Assembly: GCA_963662435.1 (NCBI GenBank)
Contig: OY759598.1
Coordinates: 3,008,507 to 3,072,506, forward strand
Reading direction: 5' to 3'
Length of the DNA stretch: 64,000 bases
Source of the DNA: Dehalococcoidia bacterium
GTDB lineage: Bacteria > Chloroflexota > Dehalococcoidia > Lucifugimonadales > VXLM01
Shown here: positions 52,810 through 61,785 of the stretch, one piece after another
Layout of the letters: every line of letters begins with the position of its first letter
Position numbering within the stretch: position 1 is the first letter of the stretch
The notes under the pieces: model-generated
Told to the model about the DNA's origin: nothing
Seen by the model: the letters and a program-made list of their open reading frames with translations, nothing else
The model's database searches: none
Translations under genes and position numbers: made by a program

Positions 52810-53835
52810 CTAGGAAGCCGCTCCGCACACCGTATTCAGAATGAGTCGGGTGACCCTGTAGGGATCGCAGTTTGCGTTGGGCCGCCTGTCCTCGATGTAG
52901 CCTCCACCGTCGCGGTGGACCTGCCAGGGGATGCGGACGGAAGCGCCACGGTCGGACACGCCGTACCTGAACTCCTTGTAGGAGCAGGTCTCGTGATGTC
53001 CTGTCAGGCGCTCCTCGATGCGGTCGCCGTATTCGACTATGTGGGCCTCGTGGTTGCCCTTGAGGGCCTCGGCGGCGGCGATGCACGCGTCGTAGTTCCC
53101 GCGCATCTGCACGGTCGAGAAGTTGCAGTGAGCGCCCGCGCCGTTCCAGTCACCCTGGACGGGCTTCGGATCGAGTCTCGCGGAGACACCCGTGTTCACG
53201 TCGTCGGAGATGTGGATGTCCTCACCGATGCGATACAGGAGCCAGCGAGAGAGCCAGAGCTCGTCGGCGACCGCGGGAGCGCCGACGGGTCCAATTTGGA
53301 ACTCCCACTGCGAGGGCATGACCTCGGCGTTGATGCCGGAGATTCCCAGTCCGGCTTTGAGGCAGGCGTCCATGTGTGCCTCGACGATGGGGCGTCCGAA
53401 GACCTCGTCGGATCCTACTCCGCAGTAGTAGCCGCCCTGAGGCGCGGGGAAGCCGTTGTCGGGCCATCCTAGGGGCTTGATGCCGTCGAAGAAGGTGTAC
53501 TCCTGCTCGATGCCGAACCACATGTCGAAGTCGGCATACTTCTCGGCCGCCTCGGCGCATGCCGCCCTCGTGTTGGTAGGGTGAGGCGACATGTCTGTCA
53601 GCAGGACCTCACACATCGCGAGGATGTCGTCTCCGCCGCGAATCGGGTCGGGACAGGTGTAGACCGGCCGCAGGACGCAGTCCGAGTTCTCGCCGGGGGC
53701 CTGGTTTGTGCTGGAACCGTCGAAGCCCCAAATGGGAGGTTCCTCGCCCTTGGGGACTATCTTCGTCTTGGAACGGAGCTTGGCGGTCGGCTCCGAACCG
53801 TCTATCCAGATATATTCTGCCTTGTAGTAGTCCAT
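52810..53835 (-). CDS. glnII: Glutamine synthetase type II
   Basis: AEYIWIDG, WGFDGSSTNQA, FGIEQEYT, PQGGYYCGVG, INAEVM, GDWNGAGAH, RLTGHHET and EDRRP motifs; 341 aa. Confidence 0.93.
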   Translation of the reverse strand: MDYYKAEYIWIDGSEPTAKLRSKTKIVPKGEEPPIWGFDGSSTNQAPGENSDCVLRPVYTCPDPIRGGDDILAMCEVLLTDMSPHPTNTRAACAEAAEKYADFDMWFGIEQEYTFFDGIKPLGWPDNGFPAPQGGYYCGVGSDEVFGRPIVEAHMDACLKAGLGISGINAEVMPSQWEFQIGPVGAPAVADELWLSRWLLYRIGEDIHISDDVNTGVSARLDPKPVQGDWNGAGAHCNFSTVQMRGNYDACIAAAEALKGNHEAHIVEYGDRIEERLTGHHETCSYKEFRYGVSDRGASVRIPWQVHRDGGGYIEDRRPNANCDPYRVTRLILNTVCGAAS

Positions 53836-53922
53836 TTCGCTCTCCGTTGTTTATGATGTGCAAGATTTTCCGCAATTCGGCGGGCTTCGTCAAGGGAATG
53901 TCGCTTTTCGCTGGGTATCTAT

Positions 53923-53958
53923 CAGAAAGAATGAACGACCCGCCGCCTGGCCGTTCAT
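53923..53958 (-). terminator. Intrinsic-terminator-like hairpin upstream of glnII
   Basis: Minus strand ATGAACGGCC-loop-GGTCGTTCAT followed by TCTTTCTG. Confidence 0.5.
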
Positions 53959-54156
53959 CTGCATTCCCAGAGTTGCAACCCCAAACAGTTTGTCGATCCG
54001 GTGTCCTTTAGTTGATTTCGTATTCCTTCGGGGCCTTTGACCCTAAGGCGCTGCGGTTGCCACTACTCCCACTACCACGTTTGACTTGTATCGTTGCCTC
54101 AAAGCTCGACACCTGTACTGGTAGGGAAGAACAGCGCAAAAAGTGTAGTCCACAGA

Positions 54157-54174
54157 TGTTACATTTGTGTCACA
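54157..54174. promoter_or_regulatory. Candidate nitrogen-regulator site (GTnAC-N6-GTnAC, GlnR-box-like)
   Basis: TGTTACATTTGTGTCACA upstream of the glnII-glnA-gltBD cluster. Confidence 0.4.
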
Positions 54175-54343
54175 CGCGGCTGAGAATTCTACGACGCGGC
54201 GTAAATCTTCGTGGACCGATGCGGCCTGAAGCCGGGAGCGTCGCCCTCATCGGCAAACGAATCTGCTTTGAGCGGGACCGTCTTGGTTGGCGTTTGTTGC
54301 TTCGCCGTCCTGGTTCTGTTACACCTCAGGTAGGGAGGAGTGA

Positions 54344-55033
54344 ATGGAATCTCTTTGTACGTTAGCGGAGGCGCTCGGCGTTCGTATCCGAGACGGGGGA
54401 CGCCTGAAGCTGGCGCTGGTGCATAGCTCGTATCTGAATGAGAATCCTGGTGAGTACCCGGAGTCAAACGAGAGGTTGGAATTCCTGGGTGACGCTGTCC
54501 TTGGCGTCATTGTGGCCGAGGAGTTGTACTCGGCGCACCCCGCCTGGCCCGAGGGTAGGCTGACCCAGGCACGCGCGGCCGTGGTGCAGGAGTCGGCGCT
54601 TGCGGAGGCGGCGAGGAGTATTGGGCTGGGGGAAATGCTCCTTATGGGAAAAGGCGAGGCGGTAGGTGGGGGACGCCGGCGGCCTTCCAACCTCTCGGCG
54701 GGGCTGGAGGCGGTGATCGGGGCGGTATTCCTTGATCTCGGCTATGAGTCGGCACGGGGGGCTGTCTTGCGGGTGCTTGCCGACCAACTCGCGTCGCTGG
54801 AACAGCCGGACATGGCGGCGAATCCGAAGTCTTTGCTGCAGGAGGCCGTGCAGGGTGAGGGTCTACCTGCCCCGTCGTACAGCATCGTGCACGAGGAGGG
54901 AGCCGATCACGACAGGCTGTTCGTTGCAGAGGTAACGGTCGGCGGCGAGGTTGCCGGAAGAGGTGAGGGGAAACGGAAGTCGCTGGCAGAGCAGGAAGCC
55001 GCTGCGGAGGCGCTGAGAGGGCTGGGAAGGTAG
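54344..55033 (+). CDS. rnc: Ribonuclease III
   Basis: NERLEFLGDAVL signature and a C-terminal dsRBD. Confidence 0.96.
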   Translation: MESLCTLAEALGVRIRDGGRLKLALVHSSYLNENPGEYPESNERLEFLGDAVLGVIVAEELYSAHPAWPEGRLTQARAAVVQESALAEAARSIGLGEMLLMGKGEAVGGGRRRPSNLSAGLEAVIGAVFLDLGYESARGAVLRVLADQLASLEQPDMAANPKSLLQEAVQGEGLPAPSYSIVHEEGADHDRLFVAEVTVGGEVAGRGEGKRKSLAEQEAAAEALRGLGR

Positions 55034-55107
55034 CAGCAATCCGTCAGCACCTGCCATGTAGTAAGCTATGCTCAGCAGCGATAATTCGTTCGTGTGGGAG
55101 CAATCTG

Positions 55108-55461
55108 GTGGGAACCTTCAGCGTAGAAATCGCCATTGGCGATGTCGGCGGCGAGAACTATGAAAAGATGGATGCTCTGGTAGATACCGGCGCAACCACG
55201 ACCGTTGTTCCCGGCTCCACTCTCAGGCGGCTCGGAATCGCTCCCACCAAGCGCGAGACCTTTGAGTACGCCGGAGGCCAGCGGGTGGAACTGGATATGG
55301 CCGAGGCAAGGGCGAGAGTAGCCGATCGAGAGACTACTACATGGGTAATCTTCGGCGAGGATGATACAGCCCTGCTCGGCGCATACACCTTGGAAGGAAC
55401 GTTCTTGGCCGTAGACCCTTACGGCCGGCGGCTCATCCCCGTCCCTGGCCTGCTGAAGTAA
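55108..55461 (+). CDS. Retropepsin-like aspartic protease
   Basis: ALVDTGA and LLGAYTLE motifs. Confidence 0.85.
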   Translation: MGTFSVEIAIGDVGGENYEKMDALVDTGATTTVVPGSTLRRLGIAPTKRETFEYAGGQRVELDMAEARARVADRETTTWVIFGEDDTALLGAYTLEGTFLAVDPYGRRLIPVPGLLK

Positions 55462-55866
55462 TCCTCACCCACCGATTCAGGCTGAAACCGCAGTAGTACG
55501 ACGGCGGGGAGCTGCCTAAGTCATCGCTAGTGTGGAACTTACCCGACCCGCCCGGCCCGCCAATCAAGACCCCTTGCGCTGACCGCGCTGAACCCTCTGC
55601 CATTCCTTCGAAGGTGACTATTGCCCGCTCGCCCTGAGCAGCGATACGCCATGCCGGGGTGTCAGTAACAGGGACGCAGGTAAGAGAAAGTACGTTCGGC
55701 CTGAGCCTGTCGAAGGCTGAAGATGGCCGTGCATCGTCGCTGATATGAAGCAGTTACTTGAAAGCTTGTCGAAGGGGCGAGGCGCTATTCATGGTTCGGC
55801 AAGCTCACCACGAACGGGTTTCACGGACTTCGGAAACACCCTCTATCGCCCCTGCACCTGAGTTAG

Positions 55867-57396
55867 CTACGCGAACGACCTCTTGAGATAGTCTAAGTCG
55901 AGGTCGGGGTAGAGGGGGTATGCGGAGAGTAGCTCCGCGACACGGTGGCGGGCAGATTCGATGGTCTCGGAGTCGGTGGTCGCACGCGCCTTGCTGACCT
56001 GTCCTGCTAGTCGTCCCTTGGCTATCGTGCGGGGCTTGGTGCCGGAGAGTACGGAAGCCATGATGGAGGCGATTTCGGTCATCTCAGCTGTGCCCATGCC
56101 TCGGCTGGTTAGTGCGGGCGTGCCGAAGCGGAGCCCTGAGGTGTACCACGCGCCGTTGGGGTCGAAGGGGATGCTGTTGCGGTTCAGGGTGACATTGGCC
56201 TCTCGCACTGCCGACTCTGCTTGGCGTCCCGTAAGGCCGTAGTGGCCGATGTTGGCGAGCATGAGGTGGTTGTCCGTGCCGCCGGTGAGGATGTCCATGC
56301 CATTGTCGATGCAGCCGGATGCGAGGGCCGAGGCATTCTCGACAATGGAGTTTGCGTAGGCACTGAACTCCGGCGTCGAGGCCTCGGTGAAACCCACGGC
56401 CTTCGCGGCCATGACGTGGGGCATGGGACCTCCAAGGACCATTGGGCAGCCCTTGTCAACGTATTCGCCGTACTCATCGGTTGAGAGCACCATCCCGCCG
56501 CGTGGTCCACGTAGAGTCTTGTGAGTCGTGGTGGTTACGACATGCGCGTGTGCGATGGGGTCGTTGGGGCCGGTGAAGCCTTCGACCTTGCCTGCGACAA
56601 GTCCGGCGAAGTGCGCCATATCGACCATGAGGACGGCGCCGACCTCGTCGGCGATCTCACGGAATATGCTGAAGTCGATCCTCCGGGAGTAGGCACTGTA
56701 TCCGGCGAGGAGGATGAGGGGCCTGAACGCCTTTGCCTGATCGCGAATTGAGTCGTAATCAAGGAGGTTCGTCTCGCGGTCGACATTGTAGGACTGGACA
56801 TCGAACATGGTCGCGGTCGCGTTGAGGCGGTAGCCGTGGGAGAGGTGTCCGCCGGAATAGTAGTTCAGGCCGAGCATTCGCTGGTTGCCGAGGGCGTGAC
56901 GGAGCTCGGCCCACTCGGCGTCCGAGAGCCTTGAGGGGTCGGTCTGGCCGACGGTCTCCATGAAGGGTGACTGCACCCTTGCGGAGAGGATGGCCCAGTA
57001 GGCCACCAGGTTGGCGTCGGCCCCGGAGTGGGGCTGGACGTAGGCGTGTTCCGCGCCGAAGAGGTCTTTGGCAAGCTCGACGGCCCGACCTTCAACGGCG
57101 TCGACGTTGTCGCAACCGGCGTAGAAACGGTGGTAAGGGTACCCCTCGGCGTACTTGTCGGTGAGAAGGTTCCCCATGGCAAGCTGCACGGCGAGTGAGG
57201 AGTAGTTCTCCGAGGCGATCATCTTGAGGCTGTTCGACTGGTCGTCCAGCTCCGCGACGACGGCGGCCACGACCTCTGGAGATACGGCGCTTATTCGTTC
57301 AAGCGATGCCAGAAAGGCTACGAAGCCGGTGTTGAGTTCGTTGCCCGTCGAGGTTGTCTCGGCGATGTAGTCGGCGAGGGGTGAGGAGGTGGACAT
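55867..57396 (-). CDS. glyA: Serine hydroxymethyltransferase (long, ~500-aa form)
   Basis: MIASENY, KYAEG, QPHSG, TTTHKTLRGPRGG, GGTDNH and SGLRFGTPA motifs. Confidence 0.95.
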   Translation of the reverse strand: MSTSSPLADYIAETTSTGNELNTGFVAFLASLERISAVSPEVVAAVVAELDDQSNSLKMIASENYSSLAVQLAMGNLLTDKYAEGYPYHRFYAGCDNVDAVEGRAVELAKDLFGAEHAYVQPHSGADANLVAYWAILSARVQSPFMETVGQTDPSRLSDAEWAELRHALGNQRMLGLNYYSGGHLSHGYRLNATATMFDVQSYNVDRETNLLDYDSIRDQAKAFRPLILLAGYSAYSRRIDFSIFREIADEVGAVLMVDMAHFAGLVAGKVEGFTGPNDPIAHAHVVTTTTHKTLRGPRGGMVLSTDEYGEYVDKGCPMVLGGPMPHVMAAKAVGFTEASTPEFSAYANSIVENASALASGCIDNGMDILTGGTDNHLMLANIGHYGLTGRQAESAVREANVTLNRNSIPFDPNGAWYTSGLRFGTPALTSRGMGTAEMTEIASIMASVLSGTKPRTIAKGRLAGQVSKARATTDSETIESARHRVAELLSAYPLYPDLDLDYLKRSFA

Positions 57397-57433
57397 GAGG
57401 GTGTTTCGACGAGACTCGTACGTGTGTACAAAT

Positions 57434-57463
57434 AGTCTATCGACGGCCTCGATGCGGTGTCAA
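57434..57463 (-). promoter_or_regulatory. Sigma70 promoter for glyA
   Basis: TTGACA-18 bp-TAGACT on the minus strand. Confidence 0.6.
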
Positions 57464-57496
57464 CGGAAGAGGTGATTCGTATGCTGGACAACCCTG

Positions 57497-57886
57497 TTAC
57501 AGGCGGTGGCCGCGAAACTCATCGGTGAGGCGATTGTTTGCCAAGAGGAAGCGAGCGAATGGCCTTTCCGTGGAATTCCAGAGAATTTCGAGATCTGGCC
57601 ACTTTCGCAGCAATCGCAAGAGTACCTTGCGAGGTTGTTCTTGACCGCTTGTCAGAAAGACGATGCCGACATTTTCTCGGACAATCGTGTCCCTCTCCGC
57701 ATCCACCTGGAGCATCCGTTTGTTGCAGCTAAGCACAAGCCACCCATTTTGGCCAGCTTTCTTAAGCCAGACCTCATCGGGGAGTCCTCCAAATGACATA
57801 CTTCTCAGAGAGCGAGCTTTGTACCCTACTGCGTTGAGGGCCTTTGGCACTCCAGTTCCTACGTCCTCGTCGCACAGTAGGATCAA
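57497..57886 (-). CDS. VapC45-like PIN toxin
   Basis: ILLCDEDV...PDEVWL...GWLVLSCN; overlaps the upstream DUF433 gene. Confidence 0.78.
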   Translation of the reverse strand: MILLCDEDVGTGVPKALNAVGYKARSLRSMSFGGLPDEVWLKKAGQNGWLVLSCNKRMLQVDAERDTIVRENVGIVFLTSGQEQPRKVLLRLLRKWPDLEILWNSTERPFARFLLANNRLTDEFRGHRL

Positions 57887-58587
57887 GCAGCGACCTGCTC
57901 CCCGTAGTCTATGGCAGCCTGAATTAGTTTTCGTTTCATGCGAAAGTCTTTCGCAATGAAGTCAATGCCTAGGCCAGCGTTGTATCGCTTGCGGATTGCT
58001 TGCACTGTCACTCCCCGTCCCTTAATCACAGGCAGACCCGTGCTCAGCCTAGGGTCCACGACGATTGGCACAGTCTTGCCAACGGGGTACCACCGAGCTG
58101 CTAGATCGTCGACATACTCCATCTGGTCAGTAGTTTCGCTGCGCAGCAGCCCCGGCAGCGTCCACTGTTCTAGGTTGTCCAGGGCTTGAAAGCTGTCTAG
58201 AGAACCTCCTTCTGTAAGTATATTAACAATGTGACCACCCAGCGCTTCCAGCTTCAAGTGAGCGAACGGATATTCTATGTCCCATACCTGTCGTGCGTTC
58301 CTATGGGCCTCTCTTACAGCTCTGAATGGTATGCTCTTCCTTCCCGAAACGCTCTTACGAAACCGTCCTGCAACCATGATCTCTATCATCTGAAGGAAGG
58401 AAACCATAGCGCCGTTGTCTGACGGAAACAAGGGAGGAACTTCCCGGCCCTTTATCGTGTACCCCAATAGCCAGTTCTTGACCGTAGTGGTAGAGACACC
58501 TGCGAGGTGGGCAGCCTCGCTAAAGGTGTACATTGACTCTGTACGCCAGCCGTTGAGGGCCTGATGGTCGTGAATCATTGTGGACAT
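57883..58587 (-). CDS. VapB45-like antitoxin (N-terminal HTH plus DUF433)
   Basis: YTFSEAAHLAGVSTTTVKNW, SFLQMIE and IVVDPRLSTGLPVI motifs. Confidence 0.82.
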   Translation of the reverse strand: MSTMIHDHQALNGWRTESMYTFSEAAHLAGVSTTTVKNWLLGYTIKGREVPPLFPSDNGAMVSFLQMIEIMVAGRFRKSVSGRKSIPFRAVREAHRNARQVWDIEYPFAHLKLEALGGHIVNILTEGGSLDSFQALDNLEQWTLPGLLRSETTDQMEYVDDLAARWYPVGKTVPIVVDPRLSTGLPVIKGRGVTVQAIRKRYNAGLGIDFIAKDFRMKRKLIQAAIDYGEQVAA

Positions 58588-58841
58588 CGGAAGCTAAACC
58601 TCCAACTTGCTAGTAACCAATAAGGGTGTCCGAGTCTATCGGTAGGTGACTTTCCCTAAGCAAACATCTTTGAATAGGGCCGCGTGTCCAGACTGTATCG
58701 TGATACTAGCATATCGCATCCGATGAATCAGTGGCGGCAACTGGGTCGTCCCAGCGTCAGGAGTTCCGAGCAAGCGAGTCTTACTGAACTGTAGAGGCCG
58801 CTTGCCGAACGGGGGGTTCGACGGTACGGTATACGGCGAAT

Positions 58842-59615
58842 ATGAACGGAAGCGGTCGCATCTATAAGGAGCTGTTGGCGGCAGTATTGCTCGCCGCCTT
58901 GGTTCTTGCGGGCTGCTCGAACAGCGACGGCGACCGGCACCAACTGTTGGTGTTTGCCGCTACGAGCCTTACGGGCGCGATGGACGAAGCTGCGGAGCAG
59001 TACGAGCGGGAGAACGAGGTGGACGTGCAGATGAGCTATGCGGCATCGCAGGCGCTGGCGCAGCAGATTGCCAGCGGCGCTCCTGCGAGCGTGTTCGTTT
59101 CCGCGGGCGCTCCCCCCGTCGAGTTCCTGCGGGCCCGTGACTTGGTGGCCGAAGAGGTTGAGCTGCTGACGAATAAACTGGTCGTGGTTACGAACCGGTC
59201 GCTCGGGGAGCGTTCTCCCAACGCCCTCACATCGCCAAACATCGAGCGGATCGCCATCGCCGCTCCGGATATCGCTCCCGCAGGGGCGTATGGACGTGAG
59301 GCTCTGACGTCGGCGGGATTGTGGGATTCCCTGCAGCCGAAGATCGTGACGGCCCCCGACGTGCGGGCGGCGATGGCCTTCGTCGAAGCGGGCAACGCGA
59401 GCGTCGGCATCGTGTACGCGACGGACGCCGTAATAGCCAGAGGCCTGGACACCGTGGACATCTTCCCGCACGACTCGTACGGGCCTATCGTCTATCCCAT
59501 CGTCACGGTGGCGTCGGATGATCGGAACGAGGTGGCGGACGACTTCGTTCAATTCCTTCTCAGCCCCGCGGCGGGCGAAATATTTCGCGCCCATGGCTTC
59601 GAGCCAATCAGGTAG
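58842..59615 (+). CDS. modA: Molybdate ABC transporter substrate-binding lipoprotein
   Basis: Lipobox LAGC, FAATSL, AASQALAQQI, PAGAYG, DVRAA and GIVYATDA motifs. Confidence 0.93.
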   Translation: MNGSGRIYKELLAAVLLAALVLAGCSNSDGDRHQLLVFAATSLTGAMDEAAEQYERENEVDVQMSYAASQALAQQIASGAPASVFVSAGAPPVEFLRARDLVAEEVELLTNKLVVVTNRSLGERSPNALTSPNIERIAIAAPDIAPAGAYGREALTSAGLWDSLQPKIVTAPDVRAAMAFVEAGNASVGIVYATDAVIARGLDTVDIFPHDSYGPIVYPIVTVASDDRNEVADDFVQFLLSPAAGEIFRAHGFEPIR

Positions 59616-59621
59616 GCCGAT

Positions 59622-60293
59622 TTGACTTGGTCACTCCTTGAACTCACATTTCGGGTGGCGATAGTCGCCACCTTGATCAACATCCCCCTTGCGCTGGGCG
59701 TGAGTTGGCTGCTGGTCAAAACTCGCGTGCCTGGCCGTATCGTCATTGATGCGCTGGTCTCCCTGCCTCTTGCGGTGCCCCCGATTGCGATAGGATTCTT
59801 CCTGCTGCTCTTGCTTGGGCGTGAAGGGCCCATTGGCGGGTTGACGAAAGCACTGCTGGGGGCCGATATCGTTTTCACGTGGATTGCGGCGGTAGCGGCT
59901 TCGGCGGTGGTGTCGTTCCCGCTGATGGCGCGGGCGACGATGATCGCCATGGCGGGTGTCGACCAACGCCTCGAAATGTCTGCCAGGAGCCTCGGCGCTG
60001 GCCCATGGAGAGTGTTCTTCACCATAACCGTACCTCTGGCCATGAAGGGCATCTTCGCGGGCGTGCTGCTCGGATTCGTGCGGGCAATCAGCGAATTCGG
60101 AGCTACGATCACCGTCGCGGGAAACATCGCGGGCAAGACGCAGACCCTGCCTCTCGCGCTCTACTCTGCAGTCATCCTGAGAGACGACTCGACGGCCCTG
60201 CTGCTGACGGCCATTGCCATCGCCATCGCCGTCGCCACCCTTTTGGTGCACAACTGGCTGCTGGCCAGGACCCCGCGACCGGAGGTGTCGTGA
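59622..60293 (+). CDS. modB: Molybdate ABC transporter permease
   Basis: LPLAVPP, EFGAT and GNIAGKTQTLP motifs. Confidence 0.93.
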   Translation: MTWSLLELTFRVAIVATLINIPLALGVSWLLVKTRVPGRIVIDALVSLPLAVPPIAIGFFLLLLLGREGPIGGLTKALLGADIVFTWIAAVAASAVVSFPLMARATMIAMAGVDQRLEMSARSLGAGPWRVFFTITVPLAMKGIFAGVLLGFVRAISEFGATITVAGNIAGKTQTLPLALYSAVILRDDSTALLLTAIAIAIAVATLLVHNWLLARTPRPEVS

Positions 60294-61396
60294 CCGTCAT
60301 GAACCCGCAGGTAGCACATATCGCCGTTACGAAGCGATTCCCGGAATTCACGCTGGACTGCGACGTGACGTTCGAGGCGGGTACGACGGCGGTGTTCGGT
60401 CCATCGGGCAGTGGCAAGACCACGTTGCTGAACTGCATTGCAGGTCTTACGCGCCCCGACAGCGGACGGATTACCGTAATGGGCACCACCCTATTCTCCG
60501 CTTCGGAGCGCAGGGTCGTACCACCTGAGAAGCGGCGGTTCGGTTACGTGTTCCAGTCGTCTGCGCTCTTCCCGAACATGAACGTGCGGAAGAACGTCCT
60601 CTATGGCTACGGCCTGACCCCGGTTGGGCAGCGGACCTCGGATCCTGATCAGCTCTTCGACCTGTTCGACCTTACACGACTGCTCGACCGGAGCGTCGAC
60701 ACCCTGTCCGGTGGAGAACGCCAGCGCGTGGCCCTCGCGAGGGCGTTGGCGACCTCGCCGCGCCTGCTCTTGCTGGATGAGCCGCTGGCGTCGCTGGACG
60801 TTGCGTTCAAGGGCGCGATCATCCGCTACCTGAAGCGGGTGCGACAGGAGCTCCGGACACCGATGATCTACGTGTCGCACTCGGTGTCCGAGGTTGTGGC
60901 GCTCGCCGAGGAGATGCTCGTGCTGTCCGAAGGCAAGCCCGTTGCCCAGGGACCGCCGTCGGAGGTGCTGGTGCGTCCCGACGTTGGCACCATGGCGGAC
61001 TACGGGGCCTTGGAGAACCTCCTTGACGCGACGGTCGTGGAACGTCGGTCGGAGCAGGGACTTTCGGTAATCGACGTTGGCGGCGTCGAACTTTCTGCGC
61101 CGGAAATCGATGCTGGGCCGGGAGACCTGCTTACCGTATCGGTCCGCGCGGGAGACATCATTCTCACCCTCGACGTGCCGACGAGGATCAGCGCGCAAAA
61201 CATCTTGCCCGGTAGGATCGAGGCGATTCATTCGCAGGGCCCGCGCGTCATCGCGCACGTGGACGTTGGAGTCGTCCTCGTCGTGGAGCTCACGCCGCGG
61301 GCGGTAGCCGACTTAGGGTTGCGTGAGGGAGCGCAGGTCTATCTGATCGTCAAGAGCAACAGCGTCCTCGCGCTGGACGCGATTGATAGTGGGTGA
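60290..61396 (+). CDS. modC: Molybdate ABC transporter ATPase with TOBE domain
   Basis: GPSGSGKT, LSGGERQRV, LLLDEP and SAQNIL (TOBE). The start is GTG 60290 or ATG 60299. Confidence 0.93.
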   Translation: MTVMNPQVAHIAVTKRFPEFTLDCDVTFEAGTTAVFGPSGSGKTTLLNCIAGLTRPDSGRITVMGTTLFSASERRVVPPEKRRFGYVFQSSALFPNMNVRKNVLYGYGLTPVGQRTSDPDQLFDLFDLTRLLDRSVDTLSGGERQRVALARALATSPRLLLLDEPLASLDVAFKGAIIRYLKRVRQELRTPMIYVSHSVSEVVALAEEMLVLSEGKPVAQGPPSEVLVRPDVGTMADYGALENLLDATVVERRSEQGLSVIDVGGVELSAPEIDAGPGDLLTVSVRAGDIILTLDVPTRISAQNILPGRIEAIHSQGPRVIAHVDVGVVLVVELTPRAVADLGLREGAQVYLIVKSNSVLALDAIDSG

Positions 61397-61664
61397 GTTT
61401 AGCGAAAGCGAACTCGATCGCATGCCCGTCGAATTCATTGAGGATATCGTCTGGGAGTGGGTCGAAGAATGAGTCGGGGACTTCGGCCAAGCCTTTTCCC
61501 ATACCTTCCGGACGGGGTTCGTCCGAGCGGCTTTCCATGGGCAGAATTTCGGCAACGGGCTGGTCTAGGTGACTAAGGATGATTCGATCACCCGGCTTCA
61601 AGTCTGCGATATGCTTGGAGAGATTGGCCTGGGCCTCTTTGACGGTTAGGTTCGTAGTGGTCAT
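61350..61664 (-). CDS. Phd/YefM-like antitoxin (orphan)
   Basis: LTVKEAQANLSKHI...GDRIIL...PVAEI...VPDSFFDPLP. No toxin gene downstream. Confidence 0.75.
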   Translation of the reverse strand: MTTTNLTVKEAQANLSKHIADLKPGDRIILSHLDQPVAEILPMESRSDEPRPEGMGKGLAEVPDSFFDPLPDDILNEFDGHAIEFAFAKLTHYQSRPARGRCCS

Positions 61665-61785
61665 GAACCTATGTTAGTTTGGATGTCCTGCCCGTTCAAG
61701 CACAATTGCAAGAGCGCCGCACATGGTTGTGGTGTCCCAAAGCTGGCTCATGTAGACTACGCCTGACTTTGGGCAGGCGATCACC

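Noticed and set aside
55462..55866. Structured ncRNA (SRP, 6S or tRNA) between the protease gene and glyA
   Set aside because: No diagnostic motifs recognised, and the 3' half is explained by the CCTGAGCCTGTCGAAGG repeat family.
57397..57496. ZTP or glycine riboswitch upstream of glyA
   Set aside because: The promoter lies ~35 bp from the start codon, leaving no room for an aptamer.
58740..58850. Moco/Tuco riboswitch or ModE box upstream of modA
   Set aside because: Hairpins exist, but the CCUCCCG...GGAAAGG core is missing and the CG-N18-CG spacing does not match the ModE box.
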